Assembly (NCBI GenBank): GCA_041571435.1
Contig: JBFFUI010000002.1
Coordinates: forward strand, 1 to 64,000
Direction of reading: 5' to 3'
Origin: Sulfurimonadaceae bacterium
Lineage (GTDB): Bacteria > Campylobacterota > Campylobacteria > Campylobacterales > Sulfurimonadaceae
DNA length: 64,000 nt
Shown here: positions 57,154-64,000 of the stretch, in pieces
Layout: every line of letters starts with the position of its first letter
Position numbering within the stretch: position 1 is the stretch's first letter
Program-made: the position numbers and the translations under genes
The notes under the pieces: model-generated
Databases searched by the model: none
Seen by the model: the letters and a program-made list of their open reading frames with translations, nothing else
Told to the model about the DNA's origin: nothing

Positions 57154-59331
57154 TTATCGGCTTTTCAATGTATCTGTTGTTCTGTAGTTGATCGCACTGT
57201 TGACCAACGGTTTCAATGCAATTGTAAAATAGACATACTTATCAAATACATTACTGGTCACTCCCCCACTCAAAAGGACCGGTCGATTATTTTCTACATA
57301 CCGCAAGCCGAAATCCCAACAGCGCTTCGAGTATAAAAAACCGACTTCCGCATACTTTTTAATGCTCTTTTCAACATCAAATGCATACTTTGTAAAGTAC
57401 TGATAATGTTTATTATAGCGATAAGCAAGATCAGCATTCAAGTATTTGGTATAAGGATCAAGCTCGTCCCGGTATGCCTTGTTCTCATAGAGGTACGATA
57501 CCCCCACATTGAAGGCACTGTCCTGGTAACGCAGAGTATTCAGTGTTTTAACCAGCTCATTGCGGTCAAAACTGTAAAAAGTGTTGTCGTAAAATAAGAT
57601 GCGGTCGGTGATGTTCCATCGCAACTCATTTTCAAAGTCACCCGGTCCTACCTCTTTATCCGTTACCGTACTCAAGTTTATAGGCTGGGAAAGTCGATGG
57701 TATATCTTCTCTTTACCGCTGTCATCAATGATATACTGCGAAAACTGCAGATCCACGTTATCTTTTACATTCGAGAGCGTGTAAAACTCACAATCCAGCG
57801 GGTTGCTCGGATTGGCACCGGAACATTCGTCCCCTACGTTTGCATAGTACCCTGTCTCCTTATCCGCACCGAACTTTGTATAGGCAACTGAAAGACCCAT
57901 AGTATGGGAGTTTTCCTCATATCCTTTAGTAACATAGGTACCGGCCTCAACAAGATGAGAAAGACTGCCGTAGTACCCTTTTTCATAAATGCCAGGTGTG
58001 CTGACATTGGCATCTGCCTCGCTTCTAAAATCGATCATACGACCATGAAGCTCAACTTTGTAAGCGACATTCAGATATTCATCAAGAAGAGAAGCCTGTA
58101 ATGTTACAGGCAGCTGAAGTTCCACTTCGCTACCTGTTTTACCCTCCAGGCGAAAGTAGTTGTTGGCGTTCATGTTGAGTGTATAGTATAGATGTTGCTT
58201 TAAAAATGCATCCAAATAGTGATGGTACTGGAGTATAGGTAGTTTCTGGATCGTCACATCGCGTTTTTCTATGTTTTGCGGATCAAGGTCAAGATAGTAT
58301 TTTAGATAACTCCCATAATAGTTGTCTTCTTCGTTGTAAAAAAGATTGACACGGGAGTAGACCTGATTTGATGTGACATTGCTGATCGTATCATTACTGG
58401 AGAGGTTGATATAGTCAACATCGTTCATCCACTGAAGATCGGCAAAAAGACCAGACTGTCCAGTAAGATCCAGTCCCAGCCAATTTTCCAGAACGCGGCT
58501 GTTCTCATAGTTGAAACCCAAACCGTAATGCTTCTCATTTTGAAGACTGTTCTCTAAAAAATAGCTCTGTTTCTCACTAAAATAGCCTACTGTCAGACTT
58601 CCTTTTGAGTCCAGTGAATCTACGAAACGCAAGGTGCCGTACAGTCCCTCTCCACGTGATGACCTGACCTGTGGCTTGAGTTCAATGTCAGCTCTCTCAC
58701 CGACAACAAGATAGACAGGCTGTTCATAAAAGACCCCTTCGGAACTGGAGACACCGAAAGAGGGCATCAACAACCCGCTTTTTCGTGTCCTATCCAGCGA
58801 GTAACCGAAATACGGGATATAAAGGATGGGAACACCGCCTATATGAAAGCGGGCGTTGTAGAGGTTGACCCATTGCGTCTCAGCATTGTAATCCGAGCTG
58901 CTGAAATATATCTCCCACATGGGATTATCGGGATCACATCCCGAGACGATCCCACCGTCAATCTCATACACATTGTCACAGGCTTCCGTCTTTTCAGAAC
59001 TGAGCCATATCTTCTCATTTTTCTCCAACATGAAAAACGGGGTAATCGTCCGCTCATCTTTTTTCAGGTTCATCGTCACATATTCACCCATTAACTGGTG
59101 TTTAGAACCTCTTAGAATAACGACATTTCCATAGAGATCAAGTTGGGAGCTGTTTTTGTCATAAACAGCTTCATCTGCACTGATATAGGCCTCTTTATAC
59201 ATGACCAAGACATCCGTTTTGGCGATGATTTTATCACCTTCACTCACCAGACTTTTTGCATAAAACTCAATATTGTCGCCAGCGAACAGTAACGACGTGA
59301 GAAGAGAGAGTAATATGAGGATTCTAAACAT
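57154..59331 (-). CDS. lptD: LPS assembly protein LptD
   Basis: Signal peptide MFRILILL..., SGCD..PMW, VPILYIPYF, RKSGLLMP, beta-barrel C-terminus with RCW; start ATG 59331. Confidence 0.88.
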   Translation of the reverse strand: MFRILILLSLLTSLLFAGDNIEFYAKSLVSEGDKIIAKTDVLVMYKEAYISADEAVYDKNSSQLDLYGNVVILRGSKHQLMGEYVTMNLKKDERTITPFFMLEKNEKIWLSSEKTEACDNVYEIDGGIVSGCDPDNPMWEIYFSSSDYNAETQWVNLYNARFHIGGVPILYIPYFGYSLDRTRKSGLLMPSFGVSSSEGVFYEQPVYLVVGERADIELKPQVRSSRGEGLYGTLRFVDSLDSKGSLTVGYFSEKQSYFLENSLQNEKHYGLGFNYENSRVLENWLGLDLTGQSGLFADLQWMNDVDYINLSSNDTISNVTSNQVYSRVNLFYNEEDNYYGSYLKYYLDLDPQNIEKRDVTIQKLPILQYHHYLDAFLKQHLYYTLNMNANNYFRLEGKTGSEVELQLPVTLQASLLDEYLNVAYKVELHGRMIDFRSEADANVSTPGIYEKGYYGSLSHLVEAGTYVTKGYEENSHTMGLSVAYTKFGADKETGYYANVGDECSGANPSNPLDCEFYTLSNVKDNVDLQFSQYIIDDSGKEKIYHRLSQPINLSTVTDKEVGPGDFENELRWNITDRILFYDNTFYSFDRNELVKTLNTLRYQDSAFNVGVSYLYENKAYRDELDPYTKYLNADLAYRYNKHYQYFTKYAFDVEKSIKKYAEVGFLYSKRCWDFGLRYVENNRPVLLSGGVTSNVFDKYVYFTIALKPLVNSAINYRTTDTLKSR

Positions 59332-59773
59332 TGACAACCAAAGTCCGAGCAGTTTTATCGTGCCAGCCCTGTCTATTTTTAGTATAAAATGCCCAGACAA
59401 AGCCCAGATAGAAGATCATCTCACTGATAATACGGAAAACAGCACGGTTGAGCGCACTACCGAAGATAGGTTTTTGCATCGTTACCGCATCAACAATCTG
59501 AATTTTCATAAAGATCTTGCCAAGTGTCGCGCTGTATTGATAGACAAAAAAAGTCTGATAGAGTATTTTGAGCAAGAGATATTCAAAGGTATAGCTGTTG
59601 ATCAAAGCAACCATCGCCTCGGAGTCACTGGTTGCAGTGACCTGGTCGTAGATAATGATCAAAAAGAGAAAAGCAAGAATAAACTCGTCAATTAAAAAGG
59701 CAAGAGCCCGCTTTTGCATATTGGCCAACTCTAAGCCAGCACCTAAAAGACGTTCTTCTACCTCATCGTTCAC
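59324..59773 (-). CDS. RDD family membrane protein
   Basis: KRALAFLID, ATLGK..MKI, RQGWHDK.A.T.VV. Confidence 0.9.
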   Translation of the reverse strand: MNDEVEERLLGAGLELANMQKRALAFLIDEFILAFLFLIIIYDQVTATSDSEAMVALINSYTFEYLLLKILYQTFFVYQYSATLGKIFMKIQIVDAVTMQKPIFGSALNRAVFRIISEMIFYLGFVWAFYTKNRQGWHDKTARTLVVNV

Positions 59774-59781
59774 TTCATCTC

Positions 59782-61047
59782 CTAAAGCGCTTGGTACGCG
59801 ATATCGGTACGGAGTTTCTTGCCGGCATAATGCACCTGGCCGCAGAGCGAATATGCACGGTCACGTGCCTCTCGGATCGTATCACCCAGACCGACACAGA
59901 CCAGGACCCGTCCGCCGTCAGCATAAAGTTTACCGTCCTCTTCGCTGACACCGGCATAGGAGATATGGGTATTCGCTTTGATATCATCATGAACGATCTC
60001 ATCGACAATGATCTCGGCAGGCGGTGTTGAGCTGTACGGGTAATCCTTGCTTGCCATCACGACACCGACAGCGTACTTATCTGAAAATTCAACATTCAGA
60101 GTGTCAAGCTGTTTCGTCGCTGCTTTATAGAAGAGTTCTGATGCCGGTGTCTTAAGCAGTGGCATCAAGATCTCACACTCCGGATCGCCGAAGCGGACAT
60201 TGAACTCCAGTGTGATCGGTTCGCCGTTGACCACCATAATACCGATAAACAGCACACCTTCAAACGGTGCGCCCTCAGCCTTCATACCCTTGAGCGTCGG
60301 ACGAATGATCCGATCTTTGACCTTTTCATACAAGGTATCATCTACGAGTGGTGTCGGTGCATAGGCACCCATCCCGCCTGTATTTGGTCCCTGGTCGCCA
60401 TCTAGAAGGCGTTTATGGTCTTGTGCCGCCTGAAGCAGGATAAAGTCGTCGCCGTCACAGATGGCGAACATGGAGAGTTCATATCCGTCCAGGAACTCTT
60501 CGACAATGACTTTTTTACCTGCATCACCAAATGACTTGCCGCTGAGCATCTCAGAGACCGCTTTTTTAGCCTCATCATGGCTCATCGCAATAATGACCCC
60601 CTTACCGCCGCATAGTCCATCTGCTTTGACAACGATCGGGGCTTCGAGTGTCATAATGAACTTGAACGCCTCTTCAATAAGCCCCGTCTCGATATAGCGC
60701 GCCGTCGGGATCTCGTACTTGGCCAGGAAATTTTTCATGTAGACTTTTGAGCCTTCAAGCTGCGCCGCCTCTTTGCTCGGACCGAAGATGGTCAGCCCTT
60801 TTGCCTTGAAGATATCGACAACACCGTCAACTAGCGGAGCCTCGGGACCGACTATTGTCAAGTCGATGTTGTTCGCGATTGCAAACTCTGCAAGTTCGTT
60901 GTAGTCTTTGATACTGAGATTCTCACCCAGCTGGTTTGTAGCACCGTTGCCCGGTGCAAAAAAGAGCTTTTCTACCGCTTCGTCTTGTTTCAGGGCACGC
61001 CCAATAGAGTATTCACGTCCACCACTACCTATTACCAATATATTCAT
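59782..61047 (-). CDS. purD: Phosphoribosylamine-glycine ligase
   Basis: [48 protein letters not shown]. Confidence 0.98.
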   Translation of the reverse strand: MNILVIGSGGREYSIGRALKQDEAVEKLFFAPGNGATNQLGENLSIKDYNELAEFAIANNIDLTIVGPEAPLVDGVVDIFKAKGLTIFGPSKEAAQLEGSKVYMKNFLAKYEIPTARYIETGLIEEAFKFIMTLEAPIVVKADGLCGGKGVIIAMSHDEAKKAVSEMLSGKSFGDAGKKVIVEEFLDGYELSMFAICDGDDFILLQAAQDHKRLLDGDQGPNTGGMGAYAPTPLVDDTLYEKVKDRIIRPTLKGMKAEGAPFEGVLFIGIMVVNGEPITLEFNVRFGDPECEILMPLLKTPASELFYKAATKQLDTLNVEFSDKYAVGVVMASKDYPYSSTPPAEIIVDEIVHDDIKANTHISYAGVSEEDGKLYADGGRVLVCVGLGDTIREARDRAYSLCGQVHYAGKKLRTDIAYQAL

Positions 61048-61124
61048 CTGTATACTCCAAAATCTTTCTATTACTGAATCTAATTTTTAGAAAACTGAGA
61101 TCATTCAATTTTATAAAAACTAGA

Positions 61125-61322
61125 TAATGCCCAAGTGGCCGGTCCGCAGTAAGCTTTGGTTCTCAAAGCCGAAAAAACAGCAAATCGAGTGTCCCATCAG
61201 GCCGCAATCTCTCTGGTTTGATCCATCGAACAAGACCACCGCACACAAGGACATCTACACAAATTCACTAAAAGAAAATGTAGAACCCTCATAATTGCGA
61301 GAAATCGCACCACCCAGGCTAG
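61125..61322 (-). ncRNA. ssrS: 6S RNA (epsilonproteobacterial 'purD motif')
   Basis: About 195 nt after TATAAT (61328-61333); ends pair (GCCUGGGUGG / CCACUUGGGC); position upstream of purD matches the known 6S locus of this lineage. Confidence 0.8.
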
Positions 61323-61450
61323 TTCTTATTATACAAAATGAGAGCTTTTTTAGGCATAAAACAGGGCACTGCTTTTTCCTGAAAAAGCATAAATTGTCGC
61401 TTTCCTCATCTACCTGATGTATAGATGTTAAATACGATCATTTTTTGTAA

Positions 61451-62086
61451 TTACAGCTGCTTCGCCAATGTGACACAGGCCTCTATATCGGGTCTGTCCG
61501 GCATCACATAATCGATCTCTTTGGGAAGTGCTTTGGCCGTTGTTTTACCGATGACTACGATCTTATACGTCGTTTTAAATGTAAAGAGTTCCAAAAAGCA
61601 CTCGACCGTAAACGGCGAAGTAAAAATAAGGACCGCCTCTTCCGGCAGTGAAATGTTTTTACACGCTTTATTGCATGCAGTCTCGTAGACGACCACATCG
61701 TCCAAAAAAACCCTCTGCTCTTTAACACGCTCTTTAAAATTTGAAGCCACCACTTTCGGTCGCGGGTAGAGCCAGCGTAAAGCCGCATACTTTTTAACTA
61801 TTATATCATCCAGTGAGTCCCCGTACCCGTCCCCTCTTTCCAGCAGTATGCCGCCTGCCTCTCTGACCATCGCTTCCGTTTTTGATGCAACGCTCAAAAC
61901 GGGAAGAGATCGCCAATGAGGTGAGATCTTTTCAAGTGCGGTCACTGCCTGTTTTGAGGTCAGGACAATGGCATCATAGTCGTCAAGATTAATAGCGGGT
62001 TGGAAAAAAGTTGTGGTCAGAATAGGAACATGCACAACATCGGGATGTGCTGTTTTGGAAAAGAGGAAGATGGTGTCTTTATGCAT
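61451..62086 (-). CDS. hemD: Uroporphyrinogen-III synthase
   Basis: VLTSKQAV, VVYET, IFTSP, IGKTTAKAL. Confidence 0.85.
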   Translation of the reverse strand: MHKDTIFLFSKTAHPDVVHVPILTTTFFQPAINLDDYDAIVLTSKQAVTALEKISPHWRSLPVLSVASKTEAMVREAGGILLERGDGYGDSLDDIIVKKYAALRWLYPRPKVVASNFKERVKEQRVFLDDVVVYETACNKACKNISLPEEAVLIFTSPFTVECFLELFTFKTTYKIVVIGKTTAKALPKEIDYVMPDRPDIEACVTLAKQL

Positions 62087-62130
62087 TACATATCTCCCTA
62101 ATAATCGGTTGCAGTTACGCTATCGCGCGA

Positions 62131-63669
62131 CTACTCCCATTCGATTGTTGCAGGCGGTTTGGAACTGATGTCGTAGACAACACGATTGATACCGTCAACC
62201 TCATTGATAATACGACGGGAAATGCGTTCCAAGAGGTCATGCGGAAGGTGAGCGAATGTCGCCGTCATACCGTCAACAGCTTCAACAACACGGACACAGA
62301 CCGTATTGTCATAGGTACGGTTATCACCCATAACACCGACCGATTTCACGTTCAGAAGTACAGCAAATGCCTGCCAGGTACGTGTATAGTAACCGCTTGC
62401 TTTAAGCTCGTCAAGCAAGATCACATCCGCTTCACGAAGAAGGTCAAGATCCGGCTGATTCACATCACCCATGATACGGATAGCCAGACCCGGTCCAGGG
62501 AACGGATGACGATTGATCATGCTCTCAGGAAGTCCAAGTTCAAGCCCCATCTTACGTACTTCATCTTTGAAAAGCTCTCGCAATGGCTCGATCAGTTCAA
62601 AGTCCATCCAGTCCGGCAGTCCGCCGACGTTGTGGTGTGACTTGATCACTTCAGACGGTCCGTTTACAGAAATCGACTCGATAACATCAGGGTATAGTGT
62701 TCCCTGTGCCAGGAACTTGATCCCTTCGTGTTTTTTCGCCTCTTTTTCAAACTCTTCGATGAAGGTGTGTCCGATGATCTTTCGTTTTGTCTCAGGATCA
62801 CTGACACCGGCCAGTTTGCCAAGGAAGTTATCAACGGCATCGACCGTGACCAAAGGCACTTTCAAGTTGATCTTGAAGACCTGTTCAACCTGTTCGCGCT
62901 CCCCTTTTCGTAAAAGACCATTGTCGACAAATACCGGGACCAACTGATCACCGATCGCCTCATACAGAAGCGCCGCGACAACAGAGGAGTCCACACCGCC
63001 GCTCAGGCCGCAAAGCACTTTGCCATCTCCCACTTTTTCACGGATGATCTGAATCTGCTCTTTCAGGAAGTGACCCATCTCCCACTTCTCTGTTACACCA
63101 CAGATCTTGCGTGCGAAGTTGCGAAGCATCAGGTAGCCCTCTTGCGAGTGGTTGACCTCCGGGTGGAACTGCATCGCATAAACACTCTTCTCAACATTTG
63201 CTATAGCCGCATACGGTGAGTTGGCAGAAACAGCGATCGGTGCAAAACCTTCCGGAAGCACATCGACCTTATCACTGTGGCTCATCCAGACCGTCGTGCC
63301 GTTGTCTACACCATCAAAAAGTGCGGATTCCTGCACCAGTTCGAGTTCAGCTTTGCCGTATTCGTGATGGTCTGAACGGATCACCGAACCGCCAAAATCC
63401 ACTGCAATACGCTGCATGCCGTAACAGATACCAAGCACAGGGATACCCATCGTATAGACCGCCTGATCTACCTCATAGGCATCTTCATTGTAAACCGAAG
63501 ACGGACCGCCGCTCAGGATCAGACCCTGCGGGTTTTTCGCCTTAATATCCTCAATAGAGGTGTGGTAAGGAAGGATCTCACAATAGATCTTCTCTTCGCG
63601 CATGCGACGCGCGATCAACTGTGTATACTGTGAACCAAAATCTAAAACGATAATACTGACATGTTTCAA
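62131..63669 (-). CDS. guaA: GMP synthase (glutamine-hydrolysing)
   Basis: [57 protein letters not shown]. Confidence 0.99.
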   Translation of the reverse strand: MKHVSIIVLDFGSQYTQLIARRMREEKIYCEILPYHTSIEDIKAKNPQGLILSGGPSSVYNEDAYEVDQAVYTMGIPVLGICYGMQRIAVDFGGSVIRSDHHEYGKAELELVQESALFDGVDNGTTVWMSHSDKVDVLPEGFAPIAVSANSPYAAIANVEKSVYAMQFHPEVNHSQEGYLMLRNFARKICGVTEKWEMGHFLKEQIQIIREKVGDGKVLCGLSGGVDSSVVAALLYEAIGDQLVPVFVDNGLLRKGEREQVEQVFKINLKVPLVTVDAVDNFLGKLAGVSDPETKRKIIGHTFIEEFEKEAKKHEGIKFLAQGTLYPDVIESISVNGPSEVIKSHHNVGGLPDWMDFELIEPLRELFKDEVRKMGLELGLPESMINRHPFPGPGLAIRIMGDVNQPDLDLLREADVILLDELKASGYYTRTWQAFAVLLNVKSVGVMGDNRTYDNTVCVRVVEAVDGMTATFAHLPHDLLERISRRIINEVDGINRVVYDISSKPPATIEWE

Positions 63670-63800
63670 GATGGGGCCTTTGTAAATAAATAGAGCAACT
63701 TTTTGCTCAAAATGAATATATGATTATACAAAAAAGAGTATTAATGAGGGGTGAATGTCAAAGGACTTATACGTTAAACGCATAAGATTAAACTTTTTAG

Positions 63801-64000
63801 CTAGTGCGGCAGGTACCAACCTAAGATCTGATACTGGACGTACCAGACTATAAGAGAAGCCACGTAACCTATCAAAATCGTCCAAGAGTACTTAAGGTGT
63901 GCACCAAAAGTGTAGATACCGCGCAGTCGTCCCATGACTCCCACACCTGCAGCAGATCCGAAACTGATCAATGAACCGCCGATTCCGGCCGTCATCGTTA
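63801..64000 (-). CDS. nhaD: NhaD-family Na+/H+ antiporter, C-terminal fragment (truncated by window edge)
   Basis: TAGIGGSLISFGSAAGVGVMG matches the NhaD C-terminal signature. Confidence 0.75.
   Translation of the reverse strand, partial: TMTAGIGGSLISFGSAAGVGVMGRLRGIYTFGAHLKYSWTILIGYVASLIVWYVQYQILGWYLPH

Noticed and set aside
59332-59400. Extended lptD start
   Set aside because: Lies inside the RDD gene; the signal peptide begins at ATG 59331

Overview
A 64-kb chromosomal window from a Campylobacterota (epsilonproteobacterial, Sulfurimonas/Sulfuricurvum-like) bacterium. The lineage is inferred from the stand-alone atpE with an N-terminal extension, the purD-adjacent 6S RNA, cytochrome c553 and TATAAT-dominated promoters. 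Bases 1-17.3 kb hold a surface-glycan cluster: dTDP-rhamnose genes, a legionaminic-acid-type nonulosonate pathway with no recognisable LegG/NeuC, wzx, acyl- and glycosyltransferases and a WbaP-like initiator, with a markedly AT-rich middle. Bases 17.3-43.7 kb hold the LPS/LOS core locus: msbA, four GT9s, waaL, a kinase, an LtaS-family transferase, an atypical GH-A protein, a purple acid phosphatase and ADP-heptose genes, with c553 and ccoI/ccoS inside it. Then come rho-murI, dnaX, a six-gene mycobacterial-like polyprenyl-phospho-pentofuranose cassette (ubiA-gtrA-dprE1-dprE2-GT-C-HAD) next to tRNA-Leu, and atpE with a highly structured riboswitch-like leader. The window ends with pnp, lptD, purD, 6S RNA, hemD, guaA and the end of nhaD. 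No CRISPR, IS, integrase or prophage was seen. All calls come from motif recognition by eye; no database searches were run.
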